This document shows, one piece after another, positions 36,501 through 49,100 of a DNA stretch of 64,000 nucleotides. This DNA is from Raillietiella orientalis (Eukaryota). The first letter of the stretch is position 1. Each line of letters opens with the position of its first letter. Position numbers and translations under genes: made by a program. The notes beneath the pieces were generated by a model that saw only the letters and a program-made list of their open reading frames with translations, made no database searches and was not told the DNA's origin. The stretch lies in the NCBI GenBank assembly GCA_036172245.1, contig JAYWIR010000001.1, positions 6,448,001 through 6,512,000 on the forward strand. Reading direction: 5' to 3'.

Positions 36501-39500
36501 ACGCAGGTTGACCACAGGGTGACTCTGGGCATCGGGAGATGCCTTCGGAAGTAGTGGGATGTCGTTTGGTTGGATTCGTTGACCGACGAGGACATTTCTT
36601 TGTGGGGAACTGTCGATCCTTCGCGTTGGGAAACCGGCGTCTTGCGCAAAGGCGCTCACGTCCGCCTTGTGGACCACCGAGAAGCGACCTGCATTCATCC
36701 TATGAGTTCATCTTTCATTCCGCGTGCTTCCCGTGACCCGAAATCACCCGGTCTGTTCCCATTCTGGAGATCCATCGCTTTTCGTCGAGGGACGGAAGGG
36801 CGAGCAGGGGGATCAGCAATCTTCTTGGGTAGGCACGGTAGAGGTTCCTTCTGCGAACCTCGAAGATTAGCAGCGGATGAGGGCCTCGAGTTGCGTAGTG
36901 GCTGAGCTCGAGAGAGAGAGAGAGAGAAGGAGATAAGGAGGGAGAGAGAGAAAAGAAGCAGAAGAAGGAAGAGGAAGAAGAAGAAAAAAACGATCCTAAG
37001 CCGCACGTGATCACGCGCGAGATCCTTCGAGATGTTCAGCTGGAAAAAAACAAAACAAAACAAAAAGGAAAAGAGAAAAAAAAAAAGGACGGAGGAGAGC
37101 AGTCAGAATTGATTTCTGGCGCAAGATAAACAGCCAATCGAAGATCGCGAGCTCGGAACGCGTTCGCTTGCCCTCCGCGGCAGCGCAGCCGGAATTCGTT
37201 CTGAGCCAGTGAGTCAGCAAATATTTAGCGGGATGGTCGCGCCGAGCTGCGGCTCCTTCGCGGCGCGAACGATCGGGAACGGACTCGACTCGCCCTTGGC
37301 GGTTCACTCCACCGCTCCCGGCCAGGGGGCCCTCGCACTCGACTCGTCCCTGGAGGTTCATCCTCCGCCATCTCGGCCAGGGGTCCATCGACCGGGGTGG
37401 ACTGGCAGTGGTCCCTCGACTGGGGTTCAGCGACAGGGTCCCTTGACTGGGTGACCGCACTCGGCCCGCCCTTGGCGATTCATTCCGTCGCCCCCGGGAG
37501 GGAGTCCCTCGACTGACGTCGCTCAGTGCGGAGGGGTCGCGTGATCCCGCAGATGCATTGCGCTGCCGGAGGGAGGGGAACGCTTCGGGGAACGGCGGCA
37601 CACCTCCGGGTGGGCGCACGCACGTAAGAGGGTGGGAGGCAGGTGTCCTCCCGGGAAGCGTAGAACTCGCCCGAAGGGGTGGAGGGAGGAGGACCCCCAA
37701 CCTACTCTCTTTGCAATGTCTCCCGGGCGGGCGAGGAGGAGAAACGCCGTCGCTTCCTCATCCGGGAACTCTCGCTGCCCTCCGCCGGGAGACCCGAGGC
37801 TAGTGCACGCGAGCACGGGTCCGCTCTTTTTTGCGAGTGCGCCCTCCCTCTCGTGAACAAAGGTGCTGCCGGACAAAGGGCCTGATCCGGAGCTTGGAGC
37901 CGCGTGCGTTGATTCCGGCTCGTGGTTCCCTGGGAGTCACTCCCCACCTCCTCCTCTCCACTGTCCCTCTGAGAGCGCGGAAGGAAGCCGTCAGGTGACT
38001 GACGCCTCGGGTTGGGAAGGGATCGCGCGCAACACTCGCGGGAGGGCACCTTCCACGAGCGTCGCTCTGCCCCCGGTTTGGAGGGGCAGAGGTGCCTTCT
38101 TCAGACCCCCACCAATGGAAGGAGCATCGAGGTGCCTCCCTGCCCGAGGGCAGGGAAGCGGCGCGCGCGAACGCCTCTCGTTGGGGACGGCTGCTCGTGC
38201 AGCCAGCCGAGCGAAAGCCCCGAAGGGACATCCCCATCCTATCCTCCTTCTATACGGGGCGCCCCTTGCTCCCTCCCGTCCCGCAACATCGCCCAGCGGA
38301 TCCCTCTTCTCCTGGGGCCGCTCCTTTGCCGTCTCTGAACACGGTGCATCGCCTTCTTCCGGGATTTCCTCCTCCAGGAAAGCCGCCTCCTGAGCAGGTG
38401 TTCCCTCCCGGGGGAGCCGCGGTCCGCCTCTGCTGCTCCCGGGTCCCGCCCGTTCCTGTGCCGGCACGGACGCTCTTCCCCTTCACGGAGTGGGTCCGGG
38501 ACGATCAGATGGATGCGGACGGAGTGGCTGACCTATAGGGCACGGGGCCGCTTCGCGACGAGGGCTCTTCGAGGTCCAGGGGCTTCCGAGGGGCGGAACG
38601 GCGTGAGCAAGGGGACTGGAGGCGCCCTCCGGGAGTAGCGGATCCCACGTGGGCAGGCTTCGAGGCGCATCGGCCGTGCGGTCCGCAGGAAGAGGGGGGG
38701 GGGAGGAGGAGGAGGAAGAAGGGGACGGGTGACCTCGGGGGGCTGCTGAGTGGCCACTCGAAACTGCTCGGTCGGGACGACTTTCCCGCCGCCAGACAGC
38801 TTCTCCTCAGCCGCCGCCGGTCAGCGACGCCGACGAACAACGACCTTCTACCATGGGGGGCCCTTTCTCTCGGACCTCCCGGGGCCGACCGCGCGCACAC
38901 CGCTTCGGGGGATGCTCCCGGCGAAAAACGGTCGCTTCCGGACCTCAAGTCCCTTGCGACCCGCGAAGCCCTCCTCTGGGCGCGGAGTCCCGAGGGGCTC
39001 CCGCGCGCGACCGCCACGTCGACACGCGAGCGTCGGAGGAGGGCAAGGAGAGGGTGGAGGACAGGGAGTGGAACGAGAGGATGATCCGGCGAAATTCTGT
39101 AAGAGAGCGCGCGAGAGAGGAAGGAAACCGTAACTTCCCCCCTCTCCCTCCGCCCGCCGCCATCCCCTGTTCCCCGCTGCTAAGCAAAGCGAGCTCGGAC
39201 ATCTCGGCGCTCCCCTCCTCCTACACGCCCTCCCTCTTCCTTTCTTCATCTTGCTCCGAGACGAGCTAGGTCCTCCCCGCTCTCCGACGCTAAGTCGGGA
39301 CTCTCGAGAGCGCCCCCTCTGGCGATAGATCCGCCGCCTCAGCGCAACCCGCCGGATAGCGGAGGAGGCATCTCGAAGGCGCCCACGTGCTTCCTGAGTC
39401 CGAGCCCACGGCCTGGTCGGGGAAGCCTCGCTGGGGTGTGAGCGCCGTCCGGACTCGGGGCGCGAACCGAGTCCAGACGGCCTCCACGACAAATAGGGCG

Positions 39501-41269
39501 CACGCACCTCCCCCCCTCTCGCTCCCCTCGACCGATCAGCGTGCACACTCCTCGGTCGCCTTCCGAGGGTCGCTGCAGACGACCCTCCTTCCTTGTGACT
39601 CGCAGATCGCGGAGAACGTCCGAGTGCGAACGAGGGTGCTGCCGCCACCCAGCTTTCCTGGAAGTGGGCGCACCTGCCCCTCCTCCCCCCGACGGACTCA
39701 ATCCCTCGACAGGGACGGACTTGCTGTTGGCTGAACCGGGCAGCCCCTTACGTCTCTTGTCGAGGACCTTGGAAGGTCGCCGAGGGGCTCGTGACCTGCG
39801 GTCTCCCCCTCGACGAGGCCGGACGGTTCTTCCGGCGGGAAGGCAGAAACCGCCGTCTGCGTCGAGTCCCGGTGGCCGAGTCTTCATAGGGCAGCGCGCG
39901 GCTCTCCGAGGCGGAGTGGTCATTGGAGATCACCTCTCCTCCGCTGGAACCTCGCGCCTGCCGTGACCCGACTTCCTCGTCGTCCGCCCCGAAGGGCAAC
40001 GGAGGCGACGCGTCGGTCCTCTCGGGCTCTTCCGCGCGTGCGCCATGGGACCGCAACTCTCGCTAGCGGCATGGCGGGGCCGGAAGCGCGCCGGCAGTTC
40101 CGTCCGACAGGTCGGTCGGCGGGGGCTCCACCTCTCGCTGAAGCCATCTCTGGAAAGAGCTTTGAGGGCGATGGGCAGAACGGAGTAGACACTATCGGGT
40201 CGGTGGGCGCGCATGGCGTCCCGACCGACCAGGAAGAGCAGTGATGTCCGGCGCCGCCCCGAGAGTGACTTCGAGCGGTCGTCCGGGGCAAAAGCCCCGC
40301 GGAGGGCCGGGCGCGCGAGCGAAGCCTTTTCTTCCCGCCATGCGAGTGTCATCCTCCTCGGCCGCGCCGCGTCACGGTGGGCGTGCTAAGTGGCGCCACC
40401 TATCTCGAAGACCTCGTTCGCCGCTCCATCTTAGAAGCGACCTTGCAATCGCTCTCAGGTTGCGCCTCCTCCCGCCCTCGAGGATGACCGAACGCCCGCA
40501 GCGCTCCGCTCCCGAACTTTTCTAGTCGCGAGTCTGGAAGCAGAGGAACGCGGCTACGTCGGCTGCTGCCCGGGGACGCCGCGCGCGCGCGCGTCGGTTC
40601 GTAGCGTCCCCAGCGGCTTCTGGGTCGGTGTCTTCCCTGGTTCCGTTCGGCGGTATCCCAGCGCAAAGCGGGTGGAAGGCTCCACGACCCAAGGGAGGAC
40701 CCACTCTCGGGGGAGCATGCGGTCGAGGGAACGCCAATGCGGTAAGGAACACGCTCCCGGCGGAGCCCCGGAGGGTCTGCTGCTCCGGACAAAGGGACCT
40801 TTCCAGGTGGGGGAGGAGGTCGCCCTAGAGGACTCCAGCATCCGGATGCCCTCCCCAGGAAGTGGATAGCCCCGGTCTGCAGCAGTATCCGGCGGGAAGC
40901 ATCCCTACAGGTGTCCGGAGGAGTTCCCGTCGAGATGGGTGGGGCGCACGATGGATCCGGGCCTCGAGGCAAGAACCCCCGAGGGCATTTCGCCTCATTC
41001 GCCGCAGCATCCCTTCCTCTGCGCATCCGCCTCTGGACCGATGTCCGATCGATCTCGGGGGAGCGAACCACCGCGTGCGGAGCGAAGCAGTCGGCAAAAA
41101 AAGAGGGTGGGGGTGGGGGGAACTCTTGAAGAGCGCCGGAGGAGCTGCCCCATCTGCGCGCGCTCGGATCCTGGGCCGGAGGGCAGACGAAGGCGTGATA
41201 ATCGCAGTGGGCGGCGTGTCATTACCAAGCGATTGGGCAACGCGTCACCCACCCTGTGCCCTCGATGGC

Positions 41270-41850
41270 CGCGAGGGAGGCATGGCGCCGGTCCACGTCC
41301 CCCGGGCAGCTCTCGTTGGCTCGGAGACGCGTCCGCGGCAAAGCAGAAGAGTCCAGTGCTTTTCTCGGCACGCAGAGCCGAGCGTGGACGGCGGGGCCCA
41401 GCCTCTCGAGAGACGCACGGCTCCGAGGCGACCTCTCGGGCAGACGCGGGAGCGCGCCCCCTCGGGGTGCCCAGCTCCGGAAAAACGGTGTGCGGCCTGG
41501 GCAGCGTCCGGCGCGGGAGTCGTCTATTCGGGAGGTGGACGGAACGTCGATGGGGGTCCTCGAGGGTGCGCGCACCGTCAAATCTTGCGGCGTCGCCTTC
41601 CTGCTTCGGCCAGCCATTGAGGCCGCGGCAAAGGGTTCTATGGTGCCGGTCGCGTCGGCCAGCTGACTCTCAGGTGATCCGACTCCATCGACCTGGTCAT
41701 CACCAGCCTGTACGCCCCTAGCGGCAACGACGCGTTAAGGGCGAAGGCAAGAAGAGAATTCTACCTTGCCCTGAGACGCGAATAGCTGACCGAAGCGGGC
41801 GTGCGCAAGGCGCACCTGATTGCAGGTGACTTCAACCTGCGCCTGCTGTC
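41270..41850 (+). mobile_element. Decayed LINE apurinic-like (APE/EEP) endonuclease remnant
   Basis: Ordered motifs across frameshifts and stops: 'LVGSETR', 'KSCGVAFLL', then in one frame 'DLVITSLYAPSGND...RREFYLALRRE*...HLIAGDFN'. This is the classic LINE endonuclease series ET / GVA / YAP / FY..L / GDFN. No downstream RT was recognised. Confidence 0.78.
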
Positions 41851-44800
41851 AGGTGCGCCGGACACACTAAGGGACCGCGTCAACGAGTTGTGCGCAGAAA
41901 TGCACACGGACCACTGGTCCAGCCACAGATTCTTCGAATGTTTTATTCGAAAGAATAAACGTTCAGGCGTGCCCAGGTGGGAATCGAAGGTGCGCTCGGC
42001 GGCAGCCCTCCCAGTCGGGCCGACACGTGTGCGCGCACCTCTCCTCCGTGATGGTGCAGCGGGTGGTAAGCGCAGCGCTCCAGTCAGATGGCACACGGGA
42101 CAACCTCCTGTGGCCAGTGTGAGTCTCCCTCCAGGTCAGGCTGCCCTGAGAGTGGGAAGAGGAGGGGGGGAAGAGTCACGAAAGAGGATGGGGAGTAGGG
42201 GAATTGCTGTAACGAGGCGCGGACCTGGGGACGGAAGCCGAAAGGACGTCTTCCCGCAACTCTCCGCAAGGAGCGACTCTCGCGGAGAGAGGAGGAAAGC
42301 CGCGGGCATTCGGTCATCCCTGAGGACAGACAGCTCGTCGGGAGGCCCGATCAAGGGTACGCGCGAGGCGTGGCCACTTTGAAGATAGCGGCGAGAGGGA
42401 CGACTTCGCCGAATTGCTGTCCCCTCCCCCCATCCCTTTCGGATTCCCCCGAACGCTGCTAGCGCTCGTGGCGGAGGTCCTCTGTGACGCAACTGCTGCT
42501 GACGAGCACGGCGTCTCACTCGCCTCCGCGCCATCGTCGGGGTGGCGAGCCCGAGCGCAATCACAGGCTGCTTCCGCTGCTCGCTCCCGCGCCTTTCCCT
42601 CCGGACTCCCTCCCATAGACCAGGGACAGCTGGACGCCGCTTCCCTGGGAGAACTGCGAGTTGGCCACGAGGTGGGAAGAAAGGGAGTCGAGGCCAGGGT
42701 CGGGAGGCCCGCGGTCCGCCTGAAGAGATCGACTAATGAGAAAAGGGGGCCGCGCGACTTCCGCAAAGGGTCAGCCGCGATCGGGACCTCTGTGCGATGG
42801 TAGACCGGGACACGAGAGTCCTGGGGACTGCCGCATGCGAGCGCGACTCCTAGACCGGTGTTCCACAAGCGTGGCGCCCACGGAAGACCGGCAGGCTCAC
42901 TCCTTTGACCTCGCCGGTAGCGTCGGAGGGCTTGAAAGAACCCGGGGTGTGCAACTCCGTACGCCGTGGGCAGCGGGGGGGCAGCAACTGAAGAGGCTGG
43001 CCGCAAATGGGCTGCGCTTCGTGAGTCATGGCAGCCGAACCGCCTTGCAGGTGCCCGTCGCCTCTCTGTGCCCGCTGCCCATCGATGTGCCTGTCTCCAG
43101 CCCCGCTGATCTTCGCGTCGCCACGTCTTCGCCCTCCTTCCGCGGGACGCAGTCCTCTTGTACGTTACCGGCTGCTTCGAAGTCTCCACGAATCACGCCG
43201 CCCTGGTCGTGGGCTATGGAGACAGCGGATTGTTGAAGCGTGGGGAACTCGTGGGGCTGGGAGGGTTTCTTTTCTCTGCCTAGCAACAGGAAGAACTTCT
43301 GTGGAGTCGCCTCGGGAGCCGCAGTGCAGCTATGATAGCCGGCATCCGCAGCTCTGAGCACGACCCGGCTGAAGGCTCAGCAAGAGCACTTTTTCCCTCA
43401 GGTGTCGTCCGGCCCCAGCGCGCGGACTCCGGGCGGAAGGGCGGCGTGGAACCATCTCCCGCTCCCGTCCTGCAGCACGACAGGGAGGCGTGAGCTTCCC
43501 TCCGGCCTGCGCACCCTCGCAGGCGTCCGCCGGCAACAGGAACGCTCCGGCGCGGGGTGTCCTGCAGGCGCCACCTGTGCGCCGGCATGGAGAAGCGGTG
43601 GCGGCGCTCGGTGCTGCTTTCCACCAATCCTGCACAGCTTCGGGAGCGGAAGGGGCGGTGGAAAGGTGGTGGGGCGCAAACGGGGCCTGTGGCCGCCGCC
43701 CTTGAGCCCTGCTTCCTCGAAAAGAGGGCGGCTGGGAGGCGTGTCGTCGCCCAGTCACGGGTGGCTGTCCCTGTGGTGGTCGCGAGAGCATCCGAGCGCC
43801 TTCCCCCCCACATACATCCTCACGGCAGGCGCAACCTGGTGGAGCTGTGGATGCGCCATTGCAGGCGATGACCTGCAGGGGAGAGGGAGGGTGCTGAGCC
43901 CGCGCGCACCGTCGTCGTCAGGGGAACGGGATTGGCGGTCCTCTCCAGGCCGGGAGGAGGGTGGCTCTTTCTGGTCGAGGGCGGCTGCAGTGGGCGAGAC
44001 GGCCGGCGCGCCGTGGGAGGAGGGAGAGGAAGAGGAGAGGCGGCACGCTTCCCGACGTCTCTGGACCGGGAGGAGGAAGAGGCCTCTCATCCCTCACGCA
44101 GAACGCCCAGCTTCGGGCAATTACGGGGAGCGTCACGCGCCCGGCCGGAAGGCGCAGCGGCGGCAGCGGGCGGGCGGGCGGGTGGGGGGAGGAGAACCAA
44201 GGCACGGGCGAGGAGGGAGGGGCGTTGCTTAGAAGCGCGGCGCCGGACGCCGGATCTGCGGGAAGGACGAGGCGAGGAGGGGTGGGCCCACGCCGGGCCG
44301 GGGTCGACGGACGCGGCTTCGCGGGCCTCTCATCGGAGGGGGCAGGGCGCCGGGCTGTCACGCCGCGCTGAGGTAATGATAGAAGCCGCGCGCGTTTTCA
44401 AGGCAGCGGCGGATCCGCGACGTTCCCGCCGGCTGCTCGCCGAAGACAGTCGGAAGGAAGGGAGGGAGGGAGGGAGGAGGAGAGGGAGGGAAAAGGAAGG
44501 ATGGAGATGCAGAGGATCACTGGGAAGGGCACACTGGCGCCGCAGCTCCAGCAGCGCGCATCTCACGACCGTTCCGAGAGCATTCCCCCTGCTGCTCGGG
44601 AGGTGCCTCCTGGGAGTCGCCGCCATGCCTTGCCCCACTGGCGACCCCGCCCTCTCTGGTTTGTTCGGCTTGAGGTCAGCTGGTGACCCTCACCACGGGC
44701 GGGAAGGTCACGGAGACTTCGAGGGACGGGAGGAGGGAGGGAAGAAACCCTCGCCCCTCTGCGTCTCCTGCGGCGGGGGGGGGGGTCGCTTAGCAATGGC

Positions 44801-45950
44801 TGCGTGGTGCCGAGCAGTGTCCCTGATCGTGCCGCAGGGGGTGCTTCCGACAAAAGGCGGCTAGGCAGCTTCCGGGGCTCCTCAGGGCTCGCGGCCCTCG
44901 AGGTTCGGGTTCATAGGAGGAACTCGTGCCTGAGGCGGACGAGTGATCCCACCGGGAGTTTCGCGCTGCTGTCGTCAGGGCGTGCGCGTCTTCCGGTGGT
45001 GGGTCCCGTGACCTGGAGAGACTTCCCACGAGACCCGAAGACACGCGCATCACCCAACGTCGCCCTCCGGACCCCAGTGGAGCAGCAACAGTCCTTCTAT
45101 TCCTCGGTCCCTTAGATAGGGGATGCGCGGACTCTGGGAGCGCCGTATAGGAAAGAGAGTCGGGTCTTCGGCATCCGAGATGCCCTCGGGGCCGGTACGT
45201 GCAAGCGTCCCCTCCTTCCGTCCAACCTCAGGTTGCGGAGGGCCGCTCCCTCGGGGCCTCCCGCGCTCACGAGTGACGCGGTCAGGGAGACTGTCGCGTG
45301 CACGGGCCGAGGCGGGCACGACTCCGCTGCGTCCCTCTCGCACCCGCCGCCTCGCCCCGCGCGCGGAGCGGGACGGCGGCGCTGCAGTCTGTCGGCCGTC
45401 GCCTCTCGGCGCATGCGCGCCCGAGCGGTTCTCCGGTCCGCGCGCGCGGCTATGCGAGCCCGCTCGTGACGCGGAAGTGGGTCGAGCGGGGTGGTCCTCC
45501 ATCACAGCTTCCCTTCCGCCGCCTCCTCCCCGTCCCCCCAGGAGTCGCCTCCGCGTCCTGGGAGGCCGGTGGGACCGTCCACGAGAATGCGGATGGTCTC
45601 CCCTCCACCGTCCTTCCGCGCGAGACGTGGCGAGGGGTGGGTGGGGCGAAGCGTCTTACGTCGGCTGGCTCCCGAAGGGAGAATCCTCGCAATGGGTTCG
45701 TGGGTCATCGCTCCCTTGGTCACCTGACCTGTGCTCTTCCTCACTACCCATCCCGGCCACTTAGCCGCACTCTCCCCTCCGTGCCAAGAGAGACGCGTCC
45801 CCAAGGAATGGGGAGGCCGGGGAAGCGGAGCCTGCCTCACGCCTCTTCTGCTTCCTCTTCCTCCTCCTCTTCTCCTTTTTCCTCTTCTTTTCCTACTGCT
45901 GCTGCTGCTGCTGCTGTGCGTGTGTATGTTTTTTATTATTGCTATTATTT

Positions 45951-45956
45951 TTTATT
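45951..45956 (-). terminator. Candidate AATAAA polyadenylation signal of the dysfusion/NPAS4 gene
   Basis: tttatt on the + strand, ~175 nt past the stop codon at 46130, in a short AT-rich patch within GC-rich DNA. A second copy lies at ~45932-45937. Confidence 0.45.
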
Positions 45957-45985
45957 CTGCCATAAAGATCGTTTCTATAAATAGA

Positions 45986-46020
<35 letters not shown>
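45986..46020. repeat. (CT)n microsatellite in the presumed 3' UTR
   Basis: Directly visible CT dinucleotide run with one interruption. Confidence 0.9.
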
Positions 46021-46129
46021 GATCTCACTATGCTTCTCGTCGGTTTCTCGTGACAACCGGTGTCGCAGGGTAACGGCGGCAGCGAGGGAGAAGCCGCCAG
46101 GGGGGCGCGCGCGCGCGGGGGGCCGACGG

Positions 46130-49100
46130 TCACCCACGCGAGCTGTTGCTGCTGCTGCTGGCCGCGAAGTCCTCCAGCTGCTTGAGCAGCATCTTGCGCG
46201 ACTCGTCCGCCCGCGCGCCCTGCGGGTCGAACGTCGCCTCGGGCCTCCTCGCCCTGGTCCTCTCCTTCGCGTCCCCGAAAGTGGGGAAGGGGGAGAACGG
46301 GATCCTGGCGTGGTGGCCGAGGTGGTGACCGTGGTGGTGGCCGTGGTGGCCGAGGAGGTGATGGTTGTGATGGTCCTCCGCCGCGCCCGCGGGGTGGCCC
46401 ACGACGACCGGGAACATCTTCTGACCGGGGTAGGTGTGTGCCTCGTAGAGGACGCCGTCTGGGAGCGGCCCCTGGCGGCAGTCGTCGTACCTGCCGCCGC
46501 CGCCGCCGGCGGCGGCGGCGGCGGCGGCGAAGGCGGGAAGGTGCAGCCGGTGACACTCGGGGGCAGCCCCACTAGAGGGCAGGGGCAGCGGGGGACTCAG
46601 GTCGGGACTCTGGATGTCCGGCACCTTCTGGGCGGCCTCGGAGTGGTTCCAGGCGGCGACGGCCGCAGCGGCGGCGCGGTCATCTGGGGCGACCACGACG
46701 TCATGGGTCCGCTGCCCCATCTCGATGAGCTTCGTGGAGAAGGGGTACCTCCTGGGGATGAGCAGGGTCAGGGTGGTCCCGTCGCTCCCGGAGACCACGC
46801 CTCCGGGGGGAAGGTGGTGGTGGTGATGATGCGGCGCGTCCGTGGCGCCGCCGCCGCCGGCGGCGACGGCTGGCTCCGGGGAGGAGGAGGAGGACGGGGA
46901 GGCGAAGGCGGCGCCCCTGCCAGACGAGTGGGTCGACAGGATCTTCTTCTTGAAGCCCACGTAAGGCCCACCCCCGGCGCTCAGGGAAGACCGCTTCTGC
47001 TTCTTAGCGGAGCCGCCGCCCCCCGCCAGAGAGGGTGGCGCTGGCGTCGGCGCAGCAGCGGAGGGAGTCGGCGGCGACTTCCGGTCGTCGTCCTTGGGCC
47101 GCTCCAGCGGGCAGGAACCCCTCGCGTACAGGCCCTGCGGGAAGTACTGGTTGACTGCGGGGTAGGCGTTACCCGAGGGCATCAAGTCCGAGGCGGAGGG
47201 CGACCTATGGGCAGGGGCGCCACCGTCCAAGTGGTGGTGGTGGTGATGGTGGTGGTGGTGGTACGTCCCGTGGGGGTGGTACTGGGGGAACACGTAAGGA
47301 GAGGGTCCGTGCTGTCCTGGAGGGTCGCCGGCGGGGGCTGGGGTGGGCACCGGGCCGAGGTACGGAGGCGGCACGTAGACGCAGCCGCCGGAGGAAGAGG
47401 AGGAGGAAGGGGACGGCTGGTGATCCCCGGCCGGCTGGCGCGGGGACTGGAACCCGGCCGCCGGGGACGGGAAGGGTCCGACGGCCGCCCTGGGGGCCGC
47501 CACCGCCGCCTCGTAGGGCAGCCCGTACTGCAGCTTGCTCTGGATGCTGTAGTAGTGGTAGATCCAGCCGTTGGTCTGCATGACGGAGGCCTCGCTCTCG
47601 CTGGAAGGGCAAGGCGAGAAGAAGACGGGAGGGCGGGCCCCGGCCCCGGGTGGAGTCCCTTCTTTTCCTCCGGAGGAGTGCGCGCGCGCGGGGCAGGAAG
47701 AAAACGCGCGGAAGCCGCAGTGATGACCGCGAGGATGGATGAGGGCGGCCTTCCAGGTGGAAGGGAACCTGCGCGCGCGCGCGCTGCGAGGCGGAAAGGT
47801 CGCGCATGCGCGCCGCCTCCCGGAGCAACCTCGCTGACGGAGCCCCGAGGCGTCTGCCACTGTCGCCTCCTCCTCCTCTTTCCTCCTTCTCCCCCGCCCC
47901 TACTCCGCCCCTCCCTCCATTCCCGTGCCCAGGTGACCGTCCACGCCGATCGTCGCCACCGCCTTCGCCTAGGGCGGCGGGAGACGTGTGACCCGGCGCA
48001 CCACCGGGTCGGCGTCGGGGGCGAAGGAGGGTTGAATGGGGGGAGGGGGGATTAGAGGCGGGGTCGCAGGGAGGAAAGGCGACGCGAGAGCGCCCTCCTT
48101 TCCTCCCTCTGCGCGCCCGCGTGCGCCTCCCTGTCTCTCCCGCCGCCGCGCTCGGTCCGCGTATCCGCCGTGACGTCACGCAGCGGCGGCGGCGACACGC
48201 GGGCGGGCGGGCAGGCCGCGCGCGCCGCCGCGGCTGCCCCGCGAGACCCCGCCTGATTTGCTGTCGCGGACACGTCGGACGGGGCTGCCGGGGAGCGGGG
48301 AGGACCGGAGTGACAGCCGAAGGCGGGCGGCGGAAGGTCAGGCAGCGAATGACACGACTGCTGCGCCGGACTCGAGCGTCCCCCACGCGTCGTCGATCCT
48401 CGCCGGCCTGCAGAGCGCGTTTCCACGGTGACGGGCGGCCTCCTGCTCTGCACCTCTCCGGAGAAGGCAGCGAGCGAAAGGCGAGGAGCGGGGAGGTGAG
48501 GGGGGGAGGAGGAGGAGGCGGACAACGCCCCCCAGCCTCTCACCCCCTTCCTTGACCGCCCACCGGCGCCTCATCCTATCGGAGCCGTCACCGGGACAAC
48601 CCTGCGTCATGACAGGAAGCCCCCTTCCCTGGTCGCGCGTGGTGTCCCGACACCGCCGTCCGCCGAGGCGGGCGGGAAGGGGGGAGGAAAAAAAGGGGTA
48701 AAGCGGAAGCTGCACCAACCTCAGCACCTGATTCGTGCAGATGATGACGGGCGGCTGAGTGCTGTCGGCGTTCTCCTTCACCTGCAAGACGCAGTGGATC
48801 CACAGGTGGAAGCCCAGTTGATGCTGCAGGCGGACCAGGAGGATGCAGCTCTTCTCGTGCTCCGACTGGATGACTGCAAGGCGGGAGTGGCGGTGAGGAA
48901 AGGGTGGAGGAAGGGACGCGAGTGCGCAGCTTCCGAACTTCCGGACCGGAAACCGACTGCCTTCACCGAACCGGAACGTGGCCTTCCCTATCCTCCTCCC
49001 GCCGTCTCCCGGACGTCTGCAGAAGCACCCGTCCTGCGACCCCTCGGCCATCAGGGGAGCAAGGGGGGAGAGGGAAGGGCGGCTCCGCCCCTCACTCTCC

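Noticed and set aside
29330-45700. Many long overlapping ORFs (up to 464 aa) in all six frames
   Set aside because: Arg/Pro/Gly/Ala-rich products are expected in high-GC DNA with few stop codons. No domain or splice-consistent gene model was recognised apart from the APE remnant.
45731-48055. 774-aa ORF on the + strand
   Set aside because: It is the antisense shadow of the GC-rich dysf terminal exon: low complexity with no recognisable domain.
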